Assembly (NCBI GenBank): GCA_020891255.1
Contig: BQFW01000002.1
Coordinates: 3,348,001-3,412,000, forward strand
Length of the DNA: 64,000 nt
Source of the DNA: Entomortierella parvispora E1425
Taxonomy: Eukaryota; Fungi; Mortierellomycota
Direction: 5' to 3'
The notes beneath the pieces are model-generated. The model saw only the letters and a list, made by a program, of their open reading frames with translations, was not told the DNA's origin and searched no databases. How positions within the stretch are numbered: the stretch's first letter is position 1; each line of letters begins with the position of its first letter. Shown in pieces: positions 52,911 to 64,000 of the stretch. Both the position numbers and the translations under genes were made by a program.

Positions 52911-55900
52911 ATGTCGAACCCAAGTGAAGTTACCTTGGGGGATGCCGCGCCCAGGGCGGCCGGCATCTTGCGCAATCCATCACATTCGCAACCGCACCAC
53001 ACACAGCAACAAGAGACTGTCATCTCTGGTTTCGAGAACGAAAAGCAAGAACTCGACGAAGACGACGAAGACAGTTCTGAACAAGGAACCTATGACGATG
53101 CCACCGCTGGTCGCTGGGGTGAAGGACCCTCGAAAGTCGATGTCATTGGTGCCGAGAAGAGCTTCAAGAAGTTGGAGCGTCAGCTCACCAAGCGATCGTC
53201 TCTCTACCGAGTTACCTCTGGCGAGAAGGGACCTGATGATGGGTTCGGAGGCGACTTTGACTTGACTCAATACTTGCAGAACGTGATGCCTCTGGCTCAA
53301 GAGGCCGGCATCAAGCGTCGCAACTTGGGTGTCGTCTGGGAGAACCTGGAGGTTCTCGGCGAGGGTATTGGTGCTCAATACATTTCCACATTCGCGGACC
53401 CCTTCATTGGCCTTGCCAACCTGATCAACCCCATCTTCTGGGGCAAGCTTATCTTCTCCCGTGGTCCCAAGCAGCCAAAGACAATCACAAAGACAATCAT
53501 CCACCCCATGAACGGATTCTGTCGTGATGGTGAGATGATCTTGGTCTTGGGTCGTCCTGGAGCTGGATGCTCGACCTTGCTTCGAGTCCTGGCTAACGAC
53601 ACCAAGAACTACAAGCAAGTGACTGGTGAGGTCACCTTTGGACCATTCAGCTCGGAGGATATTATCAAACACCACCGTGGTGAGGTCCTATACAACCAAG
53701 AAGGTAACCAGGATGCGATAAAATAGGGACAACGATCTCCCGGGTAGAACGTTCAGTTCTGACTTCAATGTCTCAATTGCTTTCCTTTTTTAGACGACTT
53801 CCACTACCCCACCCTGACCGTGCGCCAGACCCTTGAGATGGCACTAAAGACAAAGACCCCAAGTAAGCGTCTTCAGAACCATCGCAAGGAGTTCGTTTCC
53901 GAGTTCCTCGATGTCCTCACAAAGATGTACGGTCTCACCAAGCAGGTCGAGACCGTCGTCGGTAACGCCTTCATCCGTGGTATCTCTGGAGGAGAGCGCA
54001 AGCGTCTTTCCATCGCTGAGCAGATGGCCACTCGATCCAGTGTCAACATGTGGGACGGATCCACCCGTGGTCTCGATGCCTCCTCGGCCTTGGACTACGC
54101 AAAGTCCCTCCGTGTTCAGACCAACTTGCTCAAGAAGGCGACCATCGTCACCATTTACCAGGCTGTAAGAGACCTTTTTTTTTTTGTGGTGATACCGGAT
54201 TTTGTTTGTTATTTTTCAGCACGTTTTTTGCTCATCAATTTTTTTCTGACTTTTACCCGGGATTAGTCTGAGAACATCTATGACCTCTTTGACAAGACCA
54301 TCCTCCTTTATGAGGGTCGCTCCATCTACTTTGGACCTGCCAACGAGGCTCGTCAGTACTTTATCGACCTTGGTTTCGAGTGCCCCGCTCGTCAGACCAC
54401 CGCTGATTTCTTGACAGCCATCACCGACCCTAACGAGCGTCGCCCCCGCCCTGGATTCGAGGGTCGTGTTCCCCACACGCCCAAGGAGTTTGAGGACACA
54501 TTCAAGGCTTCTGCCTTCTATGCTCTCCAGGAGCAGCAGCGTATCGAGTACCAGAAGGAAGTCCACTCTGTCGAGGAATTTATGGATGCGACCAAGCAGA
54601 CCAAGCAAAAGCACGTCTCGGTCGAGAACCCCTACACCATCAACTTTATTGGTCAAGTCAAGGCCTTGACTGTCCGCCAGTATCAATTGACCAGGGGAGA
54701 TATGACATCGGTCATTTCCCGCTATGCCTCGAACGTGATCAAGGCCATTATTGTTGGATCCGTCTTCCTGTTGTTGCCCATGTCTGCCGGAGGTGCCTTC
54801 ACTCGTGGAGGTGTCTTGTTCTTTGCTCTGCTCTTTAACGCCCTGATCTCTCAAGCTGAATTGCCCATGGCTATGCAAGGTCGTCCTATCCTGTACAAAC
54901 ACAAAGGTTTCGCCATGTACCGCCCAGCCGCGTTCGCAATCTCTCAGATCTGCATTGACATTCCTTTGGTCATTGTCCAGATTTTGCTCTTCTCTGTCGT
55001 CCTCTACTTCATGGCCGGTCTGCAACGAACCTTCGTGAAGTGGCTTCTCTTCTGTGTGATCCTGTTCATTTGTGCCATGTGCATGACAGCCTTCTTCCGT
55101 ATGTGGGCTGCCGTCTCTGCCACTTTCGATGCCGCCTCAAGAAACTCGGGTCTCATCCTGTTGGCTTTGATCTTGTACTCTGGTTATATGATCCCCTACC
55201 AGTCGATGCACCCTTGGTTCATCTGGATTTTCTGGATCAACCCATTGGCGTACGCGTTCAAGGCTCTGATCTCGAACGAGATGCACGGTTTGAAGTTCGA
55301 TTGCTCTGGTGCTACCATGGTCCCCAACGGTCCCACCTACACCGATCTCCAGTACCAGGTCTGCACCTTGGCTGGTTCTCGCCCCGGCTCCAACATTGTT
55401 GATGGCTCTGATTACCTCATGTCCGCTTACCGCTACGATACCTCGCAGATGGGACTCGATATCCTCGCTGTCGTCCTGTTCTGGCTGCTGTTCGTCACCA
55501 TCACCTGTATTGCTCTCGAGCGCGTCGAGTTCGGTAAGGGTGGTTTCTCTACAAATGTCTTCAAGAAGGGCGCCGTTTTGATCGATAACAACAAGCCTGC
55601 TGATGAGGAGAACGTTGCCGGAGCTTCCGTCACAACTGTCAACAGTGTTGGTGCCACTGCTGCCACTGCCCGTGCTACCAGGGGCAAGGGTAATGAAAAG
55701 GACGAGTCAAATGTCGATGTCGAGTTGAAGGATATGGCCAAGGGATCCGTTTTCGCCTGGGAGGACCTTGATTATGTTGTCCCTTACAAGGCTGACCCCT
55801 CGGGTAAAAAGCAATTGTTGACAAAGATTGCTGGTCTTGTCAAGCCCGGTACCATGACGGCTCTTATGGGATCTTCTGGTGCCGGAAAGACCACTCTTTT

Positions 55901-57665
55901 GGATGTTCTCGCTCAGCGCAAGAACATTGGAACGATCACTGGAACTGTCGAGGTTGATGGCGAGCCTCTTCGTCTGGACTTCCAACGAACGACCGGATAC
56001 TGCGAGCAATTGGATGTCCATGTGCCTGAGGCCACTGTCCGTGAGGCACTTCAGTTCTCGGCTTACTTGCGCCAGCCCGCTAGCGTCTCTGAGGCCGACA
56101 AGGATGCCTATGTCGAGGAGATCATTCATATTCTCGAGATGGAGAACATTGCCGACGCTGTTATTGGAACCACTGAGTCTGGTCTTGGTATTTCGGTCGA
56201 AGAGCGCAAGCGTTTGACCATCGGAGTTGAGCTGGTCGCCAAGCCAAAGTTGTTGTTCTTGGACGAGCCTACTTCAGGATTGGATGCCCAGGCTTCCTAC
56301 AACATCATGCGCTTCATGCGAAAGTTGACCGATCAAGGCCAGGCTATTCTGTGCACGATCCATCAGCCCTCGTCCCAGCTGTTTGCCTTCTTCGATGATC
56401 TCTTGCTTCTCGCCAAGGGTGGTCGCACTGTTTACTTTGGCGATCTCGGACATGACTCCCAGGAGCTGATCCGTTATTTCGAGTCGAACGGTGCCCCCCA
56501 GTGTGCCCTCGATGCCAACCCTGCCGAGTATATCTTGGATGTCGTCAATGCCCGTCACGCCGGTTTGAACTGGCCCGAGATCTGGGATGCTTCGCCCGAG
56601 AAGCAGCACCTTCTCGCTGCTATCAAGGCCACCCGAAAGTCCAACGCCACGTCCTCTTCCCATGCTGCCCCCGTCTCTCATCACGGCGTTGGCGCTGATG
56701 GTGCGCTCGAATACGCTTCTGGCAGCAAGTTGCAGTTCAAGTATGTCATGCGCCGTATGGTCCGCACTTACTGGCGTTTGCCCCAGTACAACTTTGGTCG
56801 TATCTTCATGATGGTTATCTTTGCCCTCTTGAACGGTTTCTCCTTCTACAAGTTGGGTTCCTCCAAGGTCGATCTTCAGTCTCGTGTCTTCGTCATTTTC
56901 CAGATCATGGTCATGGCCGCCTTGCTCGTCAATATGGTCCAGCCTCGTTTCCATATGGAGCGTCAATGGTTCTACCGTGAGCTTGCTGGCAAGTACTATG
57001 GCTGGAAGCCATTTGCTGCCGCCATCATGCTTGTCGAGATCCCATACGTCGTCTTGGCGGGTACCGTGTTCATGGTCTGTTTCTACTGGACCACAGGTCT
57101 TGTCAGCGACTCTGTCCTCACCTTCTACACCTGGTTGATGTTGATCGTCTTCTGTCTCTTTGCCATTACCCTCGGACAAGTCATTGCTGCTTTGACGCCC
57201 TCGACTCAGGTGGCCGCCTTGTTGAACCCCTTCATCTTCTCGTCCCTGAACTTGTTCTGCGGTGTGATGATGCCTTACGCTCAAATGGGCAAGTTCTGGC
57301 GCTCTTGGATGTACTGGTTGGATCCCTACCATTACGTCATTGAAGGTCTGGTCGCAGCTCAGTTGCACAATGTCCCTGTTTACTGCGCCAATGATGAGTG
57401 GTCGATCTTCAACACCCCTGCCGGCCAAACCTGTGGAGAGTACGCCGCCAAGTTCTTGGAGACGGCGACTGGTTACCTCAAGGACGCCAATGCCACTTCA
57501 GAGTGCCACTACTGCCAGTACTCTTATGGCCAAGACTTCTACAACGGACTGAACATGGACTTTGCGAACAGATGGAGAAACTTGGGTATCATGTGTATTT
57601 ACCTGGTTTTCAACATCATCATGGTCGTGGTCGGTATCCGTTTCTTCAAGTGGAACAAGAGGTAA
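52911..57665 (+). CDS. Full-size PDR/ABCG pleiotropic drug-resistance ABC transporter, 3 exons
   Basis: NBD1 LVLGRPGAGCSTLL, VGNAFIRGISGGERKRLSIAEQM, WDGSTRGLDAS; NBD2 LMGSSGAGKTTLL, SVEERKRLTIGVELVAKP, LDEPTSGLD; two TMDs. Introns at about 53704-53793 and 54165-54266. Confidence 0.95.
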
Positions 57666-60600
57666 AGGTCCCCAGAGCGAAAAACCTACTTTTTTTTTTC
57701 TCTCTCGGGATATTCTCTCTCTCCTCTCTCCACTTTTAGTTCTTTCTTAATTACCCATCCATACAAGTACTACTTATATAGAACCCGTCTCCATATACTC
57801 GCATCTACACTTTTGACATTTGCACACACTGTTGTTTCTTGTTTTCAACACAAAAAAAAGAAAAATAAAGATATTAATAAATAAAAATAATCACATTGCT
57901 GGAGAGCCAGTGTAATAATGTAGGCTACAGCAGCCACAGACCCATAGACACGTAACGTTCCGAACAACCTAAAACAACGACACATGGTCTTCCATTGAGC
58001 GAGCCGCGCCCCATGGTCCTCATCATTTTTTTTAAAAATTTGTTTTTGCAACAATTTATTTGCTCTGTCGAGCCAAAGAAGTGAAGTGCGAAACCAAACT
58101 ATCTGCTACCAGAGCAAAGCCGCGTGGTCCACACGAACAAAGACCCCGGGTCCCCGCGCAACAAATGCCACGACTCGTCGCCATGTTATAAAGAACAGTA
58201 GAATGTTACAAAAAGCGGATCTTCCCCATGTTTTGTAGTGTCGGTAGATGAGCATGGCCACGCGCACGAGTCAGTAGGCCCTGATCTACCGGCTTAGATC
58301 GTCATGGGCGCCGGGTCAAACCTTGGTGATGGTCGGAGTGAGACTTGCCGCATTGGCAGGTGTCCGGCTATAGGATCGTACCAGAAGTATTGCTCCACGG
58401 CGGTCCCGACTGTGCTTGCTTCCTCATTTTGAAGCGAATGCCTTGAGTCTTTTATACAACAGAAACTTCGCAGCGTGTCTTCTCCAGCAAGGGCATCCCC
58501 GTCCAGACGACGAATAAGCTGATGAGTGACCCAGCGAGAGCTTTCAATTATTGGAGTCCAGGCCTTGATCAGGGCCCAATGTAGCAGTCCTTCGTAGGCG
58601 GTGACGACCGACCTGGCCGATACCAATGGGCAGTGATCTGTCCCCGCTCGGGTGGCCCGATCGTTTGTAACCCATGGAAGGCAGAGTATAGCGATGCCCA
58701 TGCTTGATATCAGCCTTTGTTGGTTGACAAAGTACGGACGGGTCCACACATGGTTGTTGTCATGTCTGGATGACGCGCCTACATGACGGATGCATCCCAT
58801 GCAGTTTTGTCCTTTTTTTTTTTTTTTTTTTTTTTTGGGGTCAAGCGCCACCAAAATTTTGAAATTTCGGAACGGATGGTACATGGTCCAAGCCAAAAGA
58901 ACATATATCACAATAAGGGTCTACGCTGCTCTGTGGGAGTTTTGCCGCTCCATTACACTTTGCAAGCCGGGTTCGACACCCGGTGTAGACTCCTTATGTC
59001 AGGTTATGCAGTATGACGCCCCTCCCGCTGTAGGCCTATCCTCGAGGGGGGCGGTGAGCCTTCACCCCTGCGCTGGCCAGCAGAGTAAAGGGTGTGGTGC
59101 CTATCACTGGGGGGAGTCGAGCGGTCCCATTCGGGGCCGCTTGAACTCTTGTTCCCGGGGCCTAGTACTTTCTTCTCCTTTTCTTTCCACCACATGGCTC
59201 ATGGTTCCCACTTCCATGTCTCCATGGCATCCCTGATGTCGCCAGAACTCTCATGTCCACAATCAATCAATCGCGTACCACACGCAATTTTAGTGGCGCG
59301 ACTTTTTTTGGGCTCAGCTCACTGCCACGGAGGTCAACGTTCATGGTGCCATGGTCAATGCTTTTGGGAATGGAGACAAGGCTGATTGTTTGCGTTTTCA
59401 CTGCTGTTTATTATTACTTTCTTTCACTCTCAACTACTCTCGAAATCTGGCCTGCTCTCAGTCAACTTGTTTTCCTCCTTCTCTTTGACAAGCAAGAGTG
59501 AAACAAGCCGTGCAGGGCGCGCCAACGAGCAGGCGGCAGGCCATCGCACCCCAATAATAGTTTGCATGTACCATAAAGGACACGTCTTTTTGGTTTGTAT
59601 GGACAACCCCACGAAAACCATACGCTTTTGCCAAAGACTGGTTCGGAAACCAACCCAAGGACTCTGTTGGACCATGATGTTGCCTGAGCAGAGCACCTAT
59701 AAACACCTTCTTCATAAACACCTCCAGTGATTGCACAGTGAAAGGGGGGATAGGAACCAGAGGGCCACAATTCCCGTCTCATCCCGGTGAGAAAACAAAG
59801 ATGCGAGCGGATCACCTTCTCGACTTTGTAGTGGACATTTGCCCTTCCCCTCTCGAACGTAGACCGCGACTTTATCTACTTGTCCAAGAGGGTTGAAGAA
59901 AGGACGGTTGTAGAAGATTGCGATGGTGCTGGCACACAACCTTCTTATACGGTCAACACCCAACGGACCCCCGTTATGGAGGCTGCACCCACGTTCCAGG
60001 TGCCGTTACAAGACGTACACCCGGGAAGTCCGTTGATTCTCAGGATGGCGCAGCAGAACGAGTCATGTCCACACCCAGCCTTACCTGGCAGCACATCGCA
60101 AGCAATATGCATGTTTAGGGGAGGGGGGGAAAGGGATAGGAAGAGAAAGGGACTGGGTGAGAAGGTAGGGGAGTAGTTGAAGTCGCGAAGGGAACGGATG
60201 GAGTGGTGAGGGAAGCAGCTGGAGTGGTGGAATGGAGTGAAAATTCGTGAGAGTGCTTCGATGGTGGCAAAAAAGAGCTTGGCCGCTGATTAAGGGTGTA
60301 CAGTCACACGAGCCAAGCAGCATGGAGACATGAACATCACTCGCATGCATTCCGACAAGTAAGCCCTTATGGCGGCTCTCCATTCATCTACAGGAATCAT
60401 ATCAGGGACAAATTCTGGACTATATCGGATTATGGATCAGCGTCAGTGGTTGGGCGTTGACGACAACACACTACTATATGCAGCATAGTCGGACATCGTT
60501 GGTATCAACCAGTCTTTTAGAAAGGTGAAGCCTGGGCAGACCTCTCATGGCATCTCTGTATGAGCTTTCATCAACATAACGCGAGGGGCTTTATAAGAGA

Positions 60601-60990
60601 AACGACAACGAGCGATGATCGATTGTCCTTCCTTGATATTATAACGATCCTGCTAATCTCGGTGTATTTCAATGTCTTGACAGTTTTTGTCTGCTCTGGA
60701 CGAATCATCGGCCGGTCGTGGCACCAAGAAGCTATACGTCGTATTGCGGGCCATGGATGGCAAATGGATGTAGCCAAAGCAAAGACATGGAAATTTTTGA
60801 GCCTGGGAAAGGCCGCAGTCATTAGATGAACATCTGCGTGTTCTTGACGCGTGGGAAAACAGTACGCCGCTCATTGTTTGTGCGACTAGGGGTTGACTCA
60901 CCTGTCTGCCTCACCTGTCTGCTCCTTATAAAAAGGATTCAACGCTCTGCTTCCTGCTTCGACTCCCACACAAACACCAACCCTCTCCCA

Positions 60991-63442
60991 ATGGCCCCAA
61001 TCATCACTGCATCCTATGGTATAGCAAGACCACTTCTTTTGACATGACATTGTGCGACTTGTATGACGGTTAATAATTGACTCACCAATTTTCATAGGCG
61101 AATGGAAGTCGCCCATTGAGGCGAACTTCATCACCTCCTCAACGGCGAATCACTCCAACATCCGCAGAAACGATCTCACGGGGGAGCTCTTCTGGGCCGA
61201 GTTTCACGAAGGCCGGCAGACGATCATGATCAAATCTCCCGATGGTGCCATTGAAGAGGTGACACCCGCTCCTTTCATTGCTCGGACACGCGTCCATGAG
61301 TATGGTGGTGGTATGTTTTCACTTGGAAGCAACTTTATTGTCTCAGCCAACGATGTCGACTGCCGCCTCTACAAGATTGATACTGCCACCAAGAAGGCAA
61401 CACCTTTGACACCCAAGAACCCGGACCTGAGATATGCAGACATTGAAATCCATCCATCCGAAAAGTTTCTGATTTGCGTACGCGAGGACCATACCGTGGA
61501 CACGCCTCAAACTGTCGTCAATACCTTGGTGGTCGTTCGTCTGGATACCGAGGAGCCAAACGTCCAGGTCTTGGTTGAAGGCGCTGATTTCTACGCTGGT
61601 GCCTGCTTCAACCCCAAGAATCCAAATGAGTTTGCGTATTATACTTGGAACCATCCTTTCATGAGCTGGGATCATACTCAACTTGTCTATTGTCAAGTGG
61701 ATTACAACGGCACTGTTCCCACGGTTACTTCTCAAACTGTGCTGACTGGAACGGACAAGACTTTGGAAGAGAGCACCAACCAGCCTCGATTCGGAGATGA
61801 TGGTACCCTGTACTTTATGAATGACAGAACTGGCTTTTGGAACCTGTACAGCTACAAAGTCGGAGGAAAGGTTCAACTGGTGCTCAAAGACCCCATGGAG
61901 GCCGAGTTCCAAGGTAAGTTTTTTTTTTTTTTTTTTAAAAAGGAGGTGAGGGCGAGGGCGAGGGTGAGAACACCCACATTGTTTGAACTTGTAAATATGA
62001 AGAGTCGACTTACTTTCTCATTCGTTCACTTTAGCCGCTGCTTGGAGCTTTGGAACAAGAACTTTTTGTCCACTGAAGTCGGATCCCACCAAAATTGCAT
62101 GCATGTACACGAAGAACGGTAAGAAAGCTCTTTTTTTTTTAAAAAAAAGGCGGACAAGTCTCCATACTGACCACAATTATTCTTCACGATAACTGATATT
62201 GTACTTCAGGGTTCGATCATCTGGCCATCGTCGACTCCAAGGAGAGGACCCTGAACAATATCCCTACAGAATTCCAACACATCCCCGAAGTGTCCGCCTC
62301 CAGAATAGGCGACGACGACGTCTTGATTGTGACCGCAGGAAGCTACATGATTCCATCTCAGACAATCGCCTATAACCTGCGTACTCATCAACATGACGTG
62401 TTGCTACGGTCAAGCTCCGTTGAGGTTCCCAAGGACTACATCTCGAAGCCGGAACCGATCATCTTCAAAACTACTGGCGGCCATTGTAAGAGGCCAATGT
62501 CTTTGGTGGTAACTGTACACCGCTCCTCGTTCTGACCTTGTTGTTTTTTCTATTATATAGCTGCCTATGCCCTCTATTATCCACCAACGAATGCTGAATA
62601 CTCAGCTCCAGAGGGTACTCTGCCTCCGCTTCGTGTTATGTCTCATGGAGGTCCAACCGATCATTTTCCATGCGATCTGAACTGGAACATCAACTACAAC
62701 ACGTCTCGCGGAATCGCCTGCGTTGCTGTCAACTACGGTGGTTCCACAGGATACGGACGCGAGTTCCGCAATCGACTCCGAACTCAATGGGGAGTTGTGG
62801 ATGTAGATGACTGCTGCAACGCAGCCAAATTCTTGGTCGAGAGAGGAGATGTTGACAAGGAGAAGCTGGCCATCGTTGGAGGCAGTGCTGGAGGCTATTC
62901 TACCTTGGCATGCGTGGCTTTCAGGGATGTTTTCAAAGCTGGTGTGAGTCATTTTGGTATTGGTGAGCTGGAGACCTTTGTAAAAGACACACACAAGTTT
63001 GAGTTGAAGTACACCTTCAGTCTTCTAGGACCTTATCCGGAGGCCAGAGACCTCTATTTGGAGCGGTCACCATTGTACTCGGCGGACAAAATCAGCTGTC
63101 CTTGCGCGTTCTTCCAGGGGCTGGAAGACAAAATTGTTCCTCCCAACCAGGCTGAGAAAATGGTGGAGGCGGTGGAAAAACGTGGATTGCCCGTGGCTTA
63201 CATCACGTTTGAGGGAGAGGGCCATGGTAAGGAGATCAGTTATTATTTTCCCCTTTCTTTCGGACTTCGCTTTACTGACCATGACCGTATTATAACAATG
63301 GTTTTTAATAGGTTTCGTGAAACCCGAGAACGTGCGCATGCAATTGCAGGGCGAGATTTCGTTCCTTGGACGTATCTTTGGTTTCACTCCCTTTGATGCT
63401 GTCCCGATTGACATTATCAACGAAGATGCCATTGGCAAATAA
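60991..63442 (+). CDS. S9 (prolyl oligopeptidase family) serine peptidase, 6 exons
   Basis: [10 protein letters not shown]|[36 protein letters not shown], catalytic [16 protein letters not shown] and GEGH|GF. Spliced to TAA at 63440-63442. Confidence 0.92.
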
Positions 63443-63858
63443 CAAATCACAGACTAGGTAGTCGTACGATCAGTCCCAAATACAGCAATCCAAAGTGAAC
63501 TATGGAACCATGGCAACACGTCCTATGTGCAGATATGTTAATATCATACTCCGAACGGACCAGGCTGAACTGAGCCGATGTTTGAGTGGGGGGTTGAGGG
63601 TTGGACGAGAAATTTCTCATTGTCAATCTCGGAGCGGACAAAAAAAAAAAAAAAAAAAAATGAAGATCCATGCCTTGGTCCGTGTAATAACACTTACTGA
63701 CACGTCCGGCAATGGCCTGTCTTTGGATGCGTCCTGGTTGGACGTCTCGTTTTATGAAAATGCTGGTGTATATGTTTATGTTTGGACGTAACGTAATCTA
63801 CAATGATGAACTTTTCCTTCCTTCACTTCAAACCATTCCTCGTTGCTGATTTGTTTTC

Positions 63859-64000
63859 TTAGATGGACTTTGAATCCTTCAAGGACTGGATCTTGTCGCC
63901 GTCGTATCCCAAGACATCCTTCAACACCTCGTCTGTGTGCTGGCCCAGCAATGGTGGTGGGGTCCTGATAGATGGCTTGGTGTGCGAGTATTTGACAGGC
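63859..64000 (-). CDS. CoA-transferase family III (CaiB/BaiF; SUGCT-like), C-terminal end only
   Basis: Minus-strand translation PVKYSHTKPSIRTPPPLLGQHTDEVLKDVLGYDGDKIQSLKDSKSI*, the typical family III C-terminus. Not in the ORF track because it is short. Confidence 0.85.
   Translation of the reverse strand, partial: PVKYSHTKPSIRTPPPLLGQHTDEVLKDVLGYDGDKIQSLKDSKSI

Noticed and set aside
58294-58911. 205-aa ORF with TDHCPLV (faint EEP/APE-like motif)
   Set aside because: One short motif only, and the ORF runs through a homopolymer tract. Insufficient evidence.
59790-59850. HYKVEKVIRSH chromodomain-like snippet on the minus strand
   Set aside because: The rest of the chromodomain and any integrase are absent.

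Overview
Intron-rich fungal genomic DNA, most likely Mortierellomycotina/Mucoromycota. That placement is inferred from type III glutamine synthetase, FKS1, a Fanzor1 and the intron style. Housekeeping genes in order: clathrin heavy chain (3' part), CDC6, RPS27, FKS1, a DPBB/expansin-like protein, PRP4 kinase, a pseudogenised membrane protein, glycogen synthase, Atf1-type bZIP, nucleolin/NSR1, FTR1 iron permease, GSIII, a second DPBB protein, a PDR-type ABC transporter, an S9 peptidase and the 3' end of a family III CoA-transferase. The stand-out is a mobile-element island at about 42.2-50.1 kb. It holds a 5-exon, about 1,381-aa Fanzor1 (TnpB/Cas12-like RuvC nuclease) with all three catalytic residues and the Zn finger intact. 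It is followed 82 nt after its stop by a tandem pair of about 320-bp modules. Each module has an identical 33-nt hairpin/CTAG block, a variable middle, a shared 11-mer and a T15-16 run on the gene strand. They may be an omegaRNA-like mini-array or stacked Helitron 3' ends. A decayed LINE fragment and a frameshifted N-terminal extension lie upstream. Two perfect ATCWGATAA iron-GATA boxes sit upstream of FTR1, and FKS1 has a divergent echinocandin hot spot 1. All calls come from motif recognition and manual splicing; no database searches were run.
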